The notes under the pieces were generated by a model. That model did not search any database, was not told the origin of the DNA, and saw nothing but the letters and a program-made list of their open reading frames with translations. Made by a program: the position numbers and the translations under genes. From a virus (lineage: Duplodnaviria > Caudoviricetes), in IMG/VR virus record IMGVR_UViG_3300028197_000002: a DNA stretch of 64,000 nt, one strand, 5' to 3'. Position 1 is the stretch's first letter; every line of letters starts with the position of its first letter. Shown piece by piece: positions 9,583-18,150 of the stretch.

Positions 9583-9903
9583 ATGTCGAAAGATTTAGAT
9601 TCAATTTTTGCAGATTGGTTTGCAAAGAAATCTGAGAAAAAAGTCAATAAAATTGAAAAAAAATGGATTAAGGGCAATGAGCCTAATGATCCCGATGAAG
9701 ATTGCGGTGGCGATCATTGGCATGTTAATGAAATGATGCATTGTGGAGAGGCGTATGATATGACTTGGGACAATGCTAAAGAAGCATTTTTAGCTGGGGC
9801 TAATGGAGAAGAATGGGAGATGAGTATGAGCAACTCTCTGTTTTGTGATTTAGATGAAGTTATTTCAGATGCTTATGAACAAGGTAAAAAGGAGAATGAA
9901 TAA
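9583..9903 (+). CDS. hypothetical protein
   Basis: ORF track, stop-start coupling with next gene. Confidence 0.6.
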   Translation: MSKDLDSIFADWFAKKSEKKVNKIEKKWIKGNEPNDPDEDCGGDHWHVNEMMHCGEAYDMTWDNAKEAFLAGANGEEWEMSMSNSLFCDLDEVISDAYEQGKKENE

Positions 9904-10406
9904 TGGGTTGGGAAGTTAAAAATAATCAGTTTTTTTGTAACACAAGCGATACTTTTTTCGGCCCTTATTTAGATGAGTCAATTTGGCCCGACATGGATTG
10001 GGGATGGGATCAACCTAAGACTAGACTTTTTTATGATTGTTTTTGTGATTTTCTTGAAACGAAACCCGTAAAAGGTTTAACAGGAGATGATCCGAGGAGC
10101 TTTTCCAAAAAACAGTTGGAAAAAGTAGTTGGTCTATGGGAAGAACTTTGGATGCGACTAGAAATTGCAGTTGCAGATTTGCCATCTACTGCAAAAGAAA
10201 TGGGACTAAACCTTTCGGATAACATTAGTTCTTCTGAGAATTTATTTCGTTATATTTACGATTCTCATCAAAAAGCCTTGAAGAAAGTTGCTAAAAAGAA
10301 AGTTGCTAAAAAGAAAGTTGCTAAAAAGAAAGTTGCTAAAAAGAAAGTTGTTAAAAAGAAAGTTGTTAAAAAGAAAGTAAAGAAAAAGACTGTTAGGAAA
10401 GGTTAG
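9903..10406 (+). CDS. hypothetical protein with histone H1-like KKVAK tail
   Basis: C-terminal (KKVAK)n repeats. Confidence 0.65.
   Translation: MGWEVKNNQFFCNTSDTFFGPYLDESIWPDMDWGWDQPKTRLFYDCFCDFLETKPVKGLTGDDPRSFSKKQLEKVVGLWEELWMRLEIAVADLPSTAKEMGLNLSDNISSSENLFRYIYDSHQKALKKVAKKKVAKKKVAKKKVAKKKVVKKKVVKKKVKKKTVRKG
10281..10379 (+). repeat. 15-bp coding tandem repeat (AAGAAAGTTGCTAAA) x~6.5
   Basis: Units at 10281, 10296, 10311, 10326, 10341, 10356 and partial 10371. Confidence 0.95.
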
Positions 10407-10409
10407 ATA

Positions 10410-10733
10410 ATGTATAGTTTTTTAAATTTTGTAAATCGAAAATGGAATCAAATTGTTTTTTGGTTTCATGATTTTAGCGTTAGACTTGATGTTAGTTGGA
10501 TGGTCCGAGCTTCAGTGTGGGCGTATGATAAAATGTATTGGGAGTTACCAGAGAAATATCAGACTATAAATGGTGTCTCTCTAAGAGAATGTAAGTTGGA
10601 ACGAGAACTTGAGGTTGCAAGGCATCAAATGCAATATTATGCCAATTATGCAAATGATCTTCAGTGGCAGCTTATAAATATGATGCCAGAGGTGGTAGAA
10701 GAAAAAGAAGAAAAAGAATTGATAGAAATGTAG
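10410..10733 (+). CDS. hypothetical protein
   Basis: ORF track. Confidence 0.6.
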   Translation: MYSFLNFVNRKWNQIVFWFHDFSVRLDVSWMVRASVWAYDKMYWELPEKYQTINGVSLRECKLERELEVARHQMQYYANYANDLQWQLINMMPEVVEEKEEKELIEM

Positions 10734-10738
10734 ATTTA

Positions 10739-12466
10739 TTAAAAAAATGACAGATAGTCTATTGTTTTATTTGTTGTTATGTGAGGATTAACAAAATTTT
10801 CTTCAAAATACTTCTTGTTCTTATTAGTTTTTTGAAGACTTGTGTTCAAATCAAATTCTTTGAATTGTCTAATTATTTCTTGGCTGTTGTTTTTATGGTT
10901 TTTTATAACTAAAAAGTTTTCTAGACTATAGGCAGGATGCTCATATCTTATGTTTTTTTCACATACTATAACTTTGTGATTCATGTATAGGCTCTCTAGA
11001 ACCACAATTGGACAAGGGTCATATTTACTAGTTAAAAATAAATAGTCACATTCTTCTAGAATTGAGTGTGGATTTTTTAAAACATCTATAAACTTGAGGT
11101 TTGGTGCATTTGTTTCTATTTGACCACCAATCCATACAAAGTCATACTCTGGACAGGCTTTAGCTGTTTCAATAAATAGTTTGAAATTTTTTCTAGGAAT
11201 GGGAGTTCCACACATCCCAATTTTTACACGTTCGTTTTGTTTTTTTCTATTTTCATTTTCATCAATTTTCATAAGTCTATTTTTATGAATAAATTCTGGC
11301 ACAACAAAAGTTTTTCTTTTTATTTCTGAAGAAAAATTAAAATGATTTTGTATCTTATTTCTGATTATTTGTGCTACAAAAAATGTTGCTTTAGAGTTGG
11401 TGATTAAACTAAACAATCCTTGATCTGGTTCTTGCCAAAATTTCCTAAAATCTTTCATTATGCTTTCATAGGTTTCATGAAAATGATATATTGTCTTGTT
11501 TGCAAGATGTGAAAATGCACTGTCTCGAATCATAGGGCTGAGAGAATTGCTGTAGATGAGTTTAGGTTTATTTTTATTTAAAATATCTAATAAGTTGTTG
11601 GCATTGTAATAGAATGCATGTGTAATTTTTTTATTTAGGACAAAGCAATCACTGGGGTTAGGATTTAAGAACACTACATTTTCATGACCTTGATCCACCA
11701 GATAGTTGGCTAAGTCTTGAGCGAAGAATGGTGCTCCTGTCACTGTAGAAGAATGGTTCACAATGACTATAGCTTCTTTTGGCAACTTTATTATATTAGG
11801 TTTTTTTAACTCTTTAATTCTGAACCCAGCATCTCGGATAATTTGCCCCAATAACCTTTCTGCTAAATGTGTAAAAGAACCACCACTCACATACCCGTTT
11901 GGCATTTTATCATACCATTCATCTATAATTTCATTTGTTAAGATTTTTATTATAACTTTAAAATCAACCATGAACATTGTGCAAGATACAAATTCTAGGC
12001 TTTGAAGTTTGTTTTCATACCAACGTTTTTGCTTCAAAACCTGATATCCACACATTTTGTAATCACTTTGAATAAGTGTAGAGATATTTTTCTTTATAGT
12101 ATCATCTGATGAAATTAGAGAGTCTACTAATAAATTTCTTCTTTTAAAAAGCTGTTCTTCACTTTTTTTTCGATGGACGTTTTTAGTGTGTAATTTTATT
12201 AAATAACCATAATTTTTTTTTCGAATCTTTTTTAATGTTTTTAAGAATGGTCCAATGTCCATGCCTTTATTTGGATATTTGTCAATTTTTGCGTTTGGAA
12301 ATGATTTTAATATTTCATTAGAAATATCTTTATTTTCATCACATAAAGTGATGTAAAGATCAAATTTTGCTTTTAGCTTTTTGAGTTTTTCTTCAAAGTA
12401 CCACCAGTGGTCTGTGTAGTAGACATGTAGAACTATTGCTATTTTTGTGTTGGCATATTTTATCAT
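10739..12466 (-). CDS. rhamnan synthesis F (RgpF)-like domain fused to GT-B (GT4-like) glycosyltransferase
   Basis: IAIVLHVYY, FDLYIT, NKGMDIGPFL, LIKLHTK (RgpF-like); PRKNFKLF..A and FLTSKYDPCPIVVLES (GT4-like). Confidence 0.8.
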   Translation of the reverse strand: MIKYANTKIAIVLHVYYTDHWWYFEEKLKKLKAKFDLYITLCDENKDISNEILKSFPNAKIDKYPNKGMDIGPFLKTLKKIRKKNYGYLIKLHTKNVHRKKSEEQLFKRRNLLVDSLISSDDTIKKNISTLIQSDYKMCGYQVLKQKRWYENKLQSLEFVSCTMFMVDFKVIIKILTNEIIDEWYDKMPNGYVSGGSFTHLAERLLGQIIRDAGFRIKELKKPNIIKLPKEAIVIVNHSSTVTGAPFFAQDLANYLVDQGHENVVFLNPNPSDCFVLNKKITHAFYYNANNLLDILNKNKPKLIYSNSLSPMIRDSAFSHLANKTIYHFHETYESIMKDFRKFWQEPDQGLFSLITNSKATFFVAQIIRNKIQNHFNFSSEIKRKTFVVPEFIHKNRLMKIDENENRKKQNERVKIGMCGTPIPRKNFKLFIETAKACPEYDFVWIGGQIETNAPNLKFIDVLKNPHSILEECDYLFLTSKYDPCPIVVLESLYMNHKVIVCEKNIRYEHPAYSLENFLVIKNHKNNSQEIIRQFKEFDLNTSLQKTNKNKKYFEENFVNPHITTNKTIDYLSFF

Positions 12467-12472
12467 TTATTT

Positions 12473-12479
12473 CTATATA
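12473..12479. promoter_or_regulatory. putative late promoter (TAnATA) shared by divergent genes
   Basis: Palindromic TATATA in the 19-nt gap between the divergent ATGs at 12466 (-) and 12486 (+). Confidence 0.45.
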
Positions 12480-12485
12480 TCTTTT

Positions 12486-13214
12486 ATGGAAAGTTTTAAC
12501 AATTGGCTTATAAGAGAGCAAAGTAGCAAAAAAACAGTTTTATCTGTATTTGACTTCGATGGAACAATAGCAAATGTCCCAGAAAAACCTAGTTCAGATG
12601 ATAAGAAGCATCATTGGGATGGAAAAGATTGGTGGGGTTCGTCTGCTTCTTTAGAGCCTCCTTTCTATGATGGTTGGGTCAATGATGAAGTTGTGAGTGC
12701 TTTTAAAAAAGCCAAATCTGATCCTGAAACACATGCTATTCTTCTCACTGGAAGAAGAGGTGTTAATTCTCATGCTGTAAGGACTGTTCTTCGCAATCAA
12801 GGTCTTCATGGCAGAAGGATTATTCCTGATTCTAATCAAAAAGAAAAAAATAAGTACAAAGATCTTATAGATCAAAAAAAAGATATTCCTCATAAAATGA
12901 ATCATGATTCTCATGATGAGTATTTTAGTGGAGATCATAGAACCGAGCCTAAGTATCCTATTGATCCTAATAGTAAAAAAGGCAAACCAGCAGGTGATAC
13001 AATGAGTCACAAGACTTATGTAGTTAAAAATTTAATGCATGATGGGATCAGAGAAGTTCACTTTTGGGATGATAGAGATGATCATGTTGACAATTGGATC
13101 AAGTTGGCAAAAGAACTAAAAGAAAAATATTCTAATTTAAAAATAATTTTACATAAAGTAAATCCTCCTAGTTCTTCAAAACAGAAAGCCAAGATTGATC
13201 ATATTAATATTTAA
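12486..13214 (+). CDS. Swiss-army-knife RNA-repair HAD phosphatase (HAD_SAK-like)
   Basis: VFDFDGTI (DxD), WW....L, ILLTGR, FWDDR; N-term MESFNNWLIRE. Confidence 0.8.
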   Translation: MESFNNWLIREQSSKKTVLSVFDFDGTIANVPEKPSSDDKKHHWDGKDWWGSSASLEPPFYDGWVNDEVVSAFKKAKSDPETHAILLTGRRGVNSHAVRTVLRNQGLHGRRIIPDSNQKEKNKYKDLIDQKKDIPHKMNHDSHDEYFSGDHRTEPKYPIDPNSKKGKPAGDTMSHKTYVVKNLMHDGIREVHFWDDRDDHVDNWIKLAKELKEKYSNLKIILHKVNPPSSSKQKAKIDHINI

Positions 13215-13225
13215 AGGATATAACA

Positions 13226-13597
13226 ATGAGTTACACAGCACTTGTTTTAGACAAAGATTCTAGAGATAAGTTGATTTCTAGATTCAAAGATGACATCCCA
13301 GAAGGATGGAAAGTTATTGCACATCACATGACAATAAATATGGGAGATGCAGAAGGCGGTCCTGCTGAAAATATGGTTGGGGATGAAGCGCCTTTAACTG
13401 TAAAGACATTTGCTAAAGATGATTTAGTTATGGCGGTTGGAGTTGTTTCGCCTGTTCCAAGTAAAAATGATATAAAACACATCACTTTAGCCGTCAATAG
13501 AAAAGAAGGAGGGAAGCCTTTTTTTAGCAACAAGTTGAAAGATTGGAATTCAGTTGCCCCTCTGGTTTTAAAAGGTCTTGTCAAGGTTGTTAATTAG
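13226..13597 (+). CDS. 2H phosphoesterase (tRNA-ligase cyclic phosphodiesterase-like)
   Basis: Two HxT motifs HHMTI and HITL; Y.ALVLD...L; KP..SNKL..W. Confidence 0.8.
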   Translation: MSYTALVLDKDSRDKLISRFKDDIPEGWKVIAHHMTINMGDAEGGPAENMVGDEAPLTVKTFAKDDLVMAVGVVSPVPSKNDIKHITLAVNRKEGGKPFFSNKLKDWNSVAPLVLKGLVKVVN

Positions 13598-13651
13598 CCA
13601 ACTAATCTTTTATGAAATTTGCATTTGACAATGATGCCAATTGAAATTTGT

Positions 13652-14536
13652 TTAAGTATCGCATTGCCCAAGGATTTTTTTATCGGCGTGAGTTGAGTTT
13701 TGTTGGTTATATTTAAAATTGTTTAAAATCATTAAAGTTTCTTTTATCCAATCTTGTTTCGAATTTGTTTTTTTCATAACTAATGAACGAAATCCTTCTG
13801 GAGGATGTTCATCATTATCAGAAAACCACAACAACTCTGGATTTACCAACAAATTAACAAGATTATTTTTTTTATAATAATCATAAAATTCTGGAACTTT
13901 AAAAGGATGATTTTCTTCGTAAGCAACACCAAGAAGCATAGGCCAAGCTATTTCTAAAGTCATAGAAAATTGATAATAATTATCGTTATAAGAAAGAACG
14001 TTGAAAATATGTTGCCAAAAACTTTTTGGGAATCTTTTAATAGTCTCGCTTTTCACTATGCATTGTGAAGATGGAGGAAAACAAACAAATGATGGTGGTG
14101 TCATTACTATATTTAAATTCATGTAATTCCACATTTCTTTAAACTGATATAGGTAGTTGTTTCTTTTTTCAAAATTATAAATGGCAGTAGTTTTTGAATT
14201 CCAATGATTCTCTATATCTCCATTCAAATTATAAAAATGATCCTTCAATTTAATTTTTTTTAATTTTTCAAAATTATGTGACATTGAAAATTGTTGATGG
14301 AATGAATTTTCGTGACCATGTATAAATCCTACATATTCAGGCATTTCATTCCAACGAGTCAAAATATAATGAATATAAGATCTAAATTCCTCCGCCCCCA
14401 CATTTTCAATTTTTTCAAAATTCTTTATTGGCAAGTTCTTTTTAGATTTGGAAACTACCAAATAATCAATCCCAGATTTTTCTATCCAAGAGATTTCTTC
14501 ATTATAATGAGATGAAACTATTATCAAGTCGTTCAT
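13652..14536 (-). CDS. DUF3431 family protein (GT-A-like)
   Basis: IVSSHYNEEISWI, N.G.E..SYIHYI..RW..MP....FIHGH...HQ. Confidence 0.8.
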   Translation of the reverse strand: MNDLIIVSSHYNEEISWIEKSGIDYLVVSKSKKNLPIKNFEKIENVGAEEFRSYIHYILTRWNEMPEYVGFIHGHENSFHQQFSMSHNFEKLKKIKLKDHFYNLNGDIENHWNSKTTAIYNFEKRNNYLYQFKEMWNYMNLNIVMTPPSFVCFPPSSQCIVKSETIKRFPKSFWQHIFNVLSYNDNYYQFSMTLEIAWPMLLGVAYEENHPFKVPEFYDYYKKNNLVNLLVNPELLWFSDNDEHPPEGFRSLVMKKTNSKQDWIKETLMILNNFKYNQQNSTHADKKILGQCDT

Positions 14537-14590
14537 AAATTTATTATAGTATAAAAATCTTTTTGTTTACTTGTGGGATGAAAAAAGGTC

Positions 14591-14649
14591 TTAATATTAA
14601 AAACAAAAGTGATTTAAGTTTTTGACTTTAGAAGTATTAATTATTATTT
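14591..14649 (+). repeat. polar repeat copy C1
   Basis: 14599-14649 identical (51 bp) to 15874-15924; 14591-14630 matches 15062-15101 with 1 mismatch. Confidence 0.95.
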
Positions 14650-15021
14650 GGCGGCTTTGAGTTCTGCCAAATTCTGCGCCGTTTCGACGAGGCGATCCCA
14701 ATTTTCCTCTATGTACGCCGGAGGCCCACCCATATCGGCCTGTGCCACTGCTATCTCTTCAGTAGGAACCATCTCGATAGCATCCCAAGGACAAACTTTA
14801 ACATCATACATTTTACCCTTATTACCGGGAACATGAATGCATTGTTCACAACCTATACAAGTAGATAGATCAATCTCGCACCATTGAGTTACTCCCTGTT
14901 TTATCTGGAATATACAATCGACAGGGCATACTTCTAAACAAGCCTCACAACCGGTGCAATTATCTGCCTGAATGATTGCTAATTCTTTTGGAATCTTTTT
15001 TCTCACTGCTTTTTTTGCCAT
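14644..15021 (-). CDS. 2x[4Fe-4S] ferredoxin (host-derived)
   Basis: CTGCEACLEVCP and CIGCEQC...VCPWDAI; GC about 50% in 14641-14760 by hand count. Confidence 0.93.
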   Translation of the reverse strand: MAKKAVRKKIPKELAIIQADNCTGCEACLEVCPVDCIFQIKQGVTQWCEIDLSTCIGCEQCIHVPGNKGKMYDVKVCPWDAIEMVPTEEIAVAQADMGGPPAYIEENWDRLVETAQNLAELKAAK

Positions 15022-15035
15022 AAATCAACCCCGTC

Positions 15036-15101
15036 TGCACAAATCTATCTGTAATTAGATATTAATATTAAAAATAAAAGTGATTTAAGTTTTTGACTTT
15101 A
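15036..15101 (+). repeat. polar bipartite repeat copy C2
   Basis: TGCACAAAT (15036)-N36-TGATTTAAGTTTT (15081). Confidence 0.9.
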
Positions 15102-15161
15102 TAATGAAAAAATTTTTTTTAATGGTACAATAGAATCTTAACTTTGGGATAATTTCAATCA

Positions 15162-15833
15162 ATGTATGACGCAATTGTGATTAGTGACATTCATTTAGGA
15201 AGTAGCGTTTGTGAAGTCAAACAGCTTTATGCTTTTTTGAACAGTGTGGCATGTGATACTAAAAAAATTATTATTAATGGTGACTTTTTTGACAATTTAA
15301 ACTTTAGTCGTTTGAAAAAAAGTCATTGGGATGTTTTGTCATCTCTCAGAAGGATGAGTAAAGATGTTGATATTATTTGGATTAGAGGAAATCATGATGG
15401 AGAGGCCGAAATAATTTCGCATTTAATAGGTTTGGATTTTAAAGACGAGTATTCATTTTTTAGCGGCAGAAAAAATATTCTTTGTCTCCATGGTGATAAA
15501 TTTGATGATTTTATTTTCAAATATCCAAAAACTACTAAAGTCGCAGATTTTATTTACAGAACTATTCAAAGATTTGATAAAAATTTTCTTCCCAGATTAA
15601 TTAAACACAGATCAAAAATGTACCTTAGATGCAATGAAAACATGATTTTGAATTCTGTGAGATATGCGAAACAAAAAGGAGCAGATATAGTTTGTCTTGG
15701 CCATACCCATCATGCTGTTATTGACAAAAAAGATAAGGATGTGTGGTATTACAATTCTGGATGTTGGACTGAAAAACAATGCTCTTATCTGTCTATTAAA
15801 GATGGTGTAGTTGAGTTGAATTATTTTTCGTAA
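15162..15833 (+). CDS. calcineurin-like metallophosphoesterase (UDP-2,3-diacylglucosamine diphosphatase-like)
   Basis: SDIHLG, NGDFFD, RGNHD, LHGD.FD, GHTH, NSGCW. Confidence 0.88.
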   Translation: MYDAIVISDIHLGSSVCEVKQLYAFLNSVACDTKKIIINGDFFDNLNFSRLKKSHWDVLSSLRRMSKDVDIIWIRGNHDGEAEIISHLIGLDFKDEYSFFSGRKNILCLHGDKFDDFIFKYPKTTKVADFIYRTIQRFDKNFLPRLIKHRSKMYLRCNENMILNSVRYAKQKGADIVCLGHTHHAVIDKKDKDVWYYNSGCWTEKQCSYLSIKDGVVELNYFS

Positions 15834-15839
15834 TTATGT

Positions 15840-15924
15840 TGCACAAATATTTTTTATTTCTTTTTGATTGTGAAAAAACAAAAGTGATTTAAGTTTTTGA
15901 CTTTAGAAGTATTAATTATTATTT
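15840..15924 (+). repeat. polar bipartite repeat copy C3
   Basis: TGCACAAAT (15840)-N36-TGATTTAAGTTTT (15885). Confidence 0.9.
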
Positions 15925-16012
15925 AATCCTGTTTTTTTGGTATTTTGGGCAATTTGAAAAATATTGATAGCAAGATTATGTCGATTGTCATTCATTTGAA
16001 TGGCATTTTTGC

Positions 16013-16040
16013 TTGACCAAATTGTGAAAATCGGTACAAT
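16013..16040 (+). promoter_or_regulatory. host sigma-70-type promoter
   Basis: TTGACC-N16-TACAAT. Confidence 0.6.
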
Positions 16041-16112
16041 GGTCACTTCGCAACGGAGTGCGAATTTTCTAAAATTCGGAACTCTTTTCCTATTTGCCTA
16101 ACGGAGTGCAAA

Positions 16113-16334
16113 ATGCTTTTCTATGTTTCTTGTTCTAAAAAACAAACAATGATTCAATCAAAAACCCATAAAGATGCTGCTTTAAAATATATTTCTGACA
16201 ATAAAGATTATGGGAACATTATTTGCGTTTCACATCAAGAGATAAACCGTGACAATAGCGATTCTCAAGTTTTTTTCCTAGCAGATGCTTTAAAACCTGA
16301 AAAGAGCATTGAAAATTTTAGAGTTGTTTACTAA
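16113..16334 (+). CDS. hypothetical protein
   Basis: ORF track; GGAG RBS. Confidence 0.6.
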   Translation: MLFYVSCSKKQTMIQSKTHKDAALKYISDNKDYGNIICVSHQEINRDNSDSQVFFLADALKPEKSIENFRVVY

Positions 16335-16451
16335 ACAAATAGGTTGCAATTAAATAAAAAAAATATTTGTTTACTTTACTTTTAATAAAAATTTAACTAA
16401 AATATTATTACTTTCGCCAACTGACTATAAACTCAACAAAAAAAATACATC

Positions 16452-16463
16452 TAGTTTATGGTT
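16452..16463 (+). promoter_or_regulatory. phage promoter motif (TAGTTTATGGTT)
   Basis: Member of the TAGTTTNNGGTA family, upstream A-tract. Confidence 0.65.
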
Positions 16464-16594
16464 TAGTTGCTAAAGAGAGATATGGCACGATCAAATAAAA
16501 GTGCTGTGTCTTTTTTTGCCTTAAAACATCTACTTTACTTTTTGAAAATTTTAACCTAAAATATTTTTGATTTGACAATTAAAAAAAATCTAGC

Positions 16595-16606
16595 TAGTTT
16601 ATGGTT
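16595..16606 (+). promoter_or_regulatory. phage promoter motif (TAGTTTATGGTT)
   Basis: Family member; TTGACA at 16572 with 17-nt spacer. Confidence 0.7.
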
Positions 16607-16650
16607 TAGTTGTTAGGTCAAATTACTTGTTGTTCTTGAAAGGAACTCTA

Positions 16651-17646
16651 ATGCCTGCTACTAAGAAGAAGTCTGAGTCTGCTAAAGAAGTTAGTGTGCC
16701 TATGGCAGAAAGAAAGCCAAGGTCTAAGCTGATTGGTGTATTTGCAGGAAAAATGAAACCTGCTCCAAAATCCATCAAGAAAAATGAACGTCCTGTAATT
16801 GATTTGCCTAGAGAAATTCAAGAACAATTTGTTCGTTTTGCTGCAACTAAAAATCTGTTTGATGTTTTTGAAGATAGAAAGAAAGAGCAAACTGGTCTTC
16901 TTTATTCATCTATTTTTGAAAAGTTTGTTGACCAATTATGGGCAACGAAGAAACAGCCTCAGAATCCATCTATTGTGGTAGAAACTAATGGCAAAGTTGA
17001 TGCCAAGGGTCAATTTATTGTTCAGGTGGGCAGTAAAGTTAAGATCAACATGCCTCCTGTTGATGAAGATGATGATTCCCCTGATGAAGTGATGATTGCC
17101 GCATTGGAAAACATGGGCGTTAAAAGAGAGAATGCTGAATCTTTGATTGAAAAAGAAGTTTCTTTTGTTCCTCAATGGTCGTTGAATTTTACCGAAATGC
17201 TTCATGGTGCTACTGTTGCAGGCAAGTTCCGAGAAGCTACTGATGGTCAAATCTCTGCTAGTGAAGCATTGTTTTCTTCTATTAAAGGCATGGATGAAAA
17301 TGGGGAAAGTCTTGATGCAAAAGGAAGACTTGCTTTGCTTAAAAAGTTTTCTGTAGAAGATTGGCAACTGCTTGCTAAGAATATTGATAGTCATACCTCC
17401 TACTATCCTCAATTACTTTCGGGTGGAGATTTTCTTGATCGAGTTTGCGATTATGCAGATTTCCGAGAAGAATTAGATGCTATTTTGACTATGTTCCGAC
17501 CTGTTCATTTTTGCCAGCGGGTAAAGTTCGCTGTAGACGCAACAGGTGAGGATCGTCAAAATAAATTGGTTGCCGAAGCAATTTCTGCAATCACTGGCGA
17601 AGAAAACAATCATGATATTCAATTATCATACATGGGTCGTTCATAA
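16651..17646 (+). CDS. hypothetical protein
   Basis: Long ORF, AAGGA RBS before ATG 16651. Confidence 0.75.
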   Translation: MPATKKKSESAKEVSVPMAERKPRSKLIGVFAGKMKPAPKSIKKNERPVIDLPREIQEQFVRFAATKNLFDVFEDRKKEQTGLLYSSIFEKFVDQLWATKKQPQNPSIVVETNGKVDAKGQFIVQVGSKVKINMPPVDEDDDSPDEVMIAALENMGVKRENAESLIEKEVSFVPQWSLNFTEMLHGATVAGKFREATDGQISASEALFSSIKGMDENGESLDAKGRLALLKKFSVEDWQLLAKNIDSHTSYYPQLLSGGDFLDRVCDYADFREELDAILTMFRPVHFCQRVKFAVDATGEDRQNKLVAEAISAITGEENNHDIQLSYMGRS

Positions 17647-17706
17647 AATTTAGAAGTGGTTTCTAAGTTTTGTTGTTTGTGTGTTTTTCCTTGAAAGGGA
17701 ATGTAA

Positions 17707-18063
17707 ATGTCGAAGACTGCTGAAAAGATTAACAAGAGTAAGATGGTTCGTGATTATCTTGCCGCCAATAATGATGCTGATACAAATAGTGTTGTAGAGC
17801 ATTTTAAGAGTGAAGGGATTGAGATTAACAAGCAATTTGTTTATCAAACCCGAACTCATATCAAGAACCCAAAGAAGCGTTCTTCTACCAATCCGAAAGC
17901 GAAGTCTTTCGCTAAGGCTAAGGCTAAAGCTAAAACTTCTTCTAAGCCAAAGATGGATCATTATGATTCTTTGGTTGCTGCCAAGAGGTTGCTTGAGTCT
18001 GTTGGGGGTGATTTGGGTCAAGCAAAAAAGAGTCTAGACACTCTTACCAAACTCATTTCGTAA
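17707..18063 (+). CDS. small basic DNA-binding protein (NKS..IR.YL family)
   Basis: INKSKMVRDYLAANNDA...V...GIEIN..FVY, Lys-rich linker; paralog of 50868. Confidence 0.65.
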   Translation: MSKTAEKINKSKMVRDYLAANNDADTNSVVEHFKSEGIEINKQFVYQTRTHIKNPKKRSSTNPKAKSFAKAKAKAKTSSKPKMDHYDSLVAAKRLLESVGGDLGQAKKSLDTLTKLIS

Positions 18064-18150
18064 GATGGTCTGGAACACTCAAAACACTCATTTCGTTGCT
18101 GAGAGGGGAAATAAGCCTCCAACTCAAAGCAACGAAATGAGTTTGTTTTG

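Noticed and set aside
15036-15044. TGCACAAAT boxes as DnaA boxes or XerCD dif sites
   Set aside because: Only degenerate matches to TTWTNCACA; no dif-like paired 11-bp arms around a 6-8-bp core.
14591-15924. CRISPR array interpretation of the 40-51-bp direct repeats
   Set aside because: The intervening segments are whole genes of several hundred bp, not 25-45-nt spacers; no cas genes; no other regularly spaced array seen in the window.
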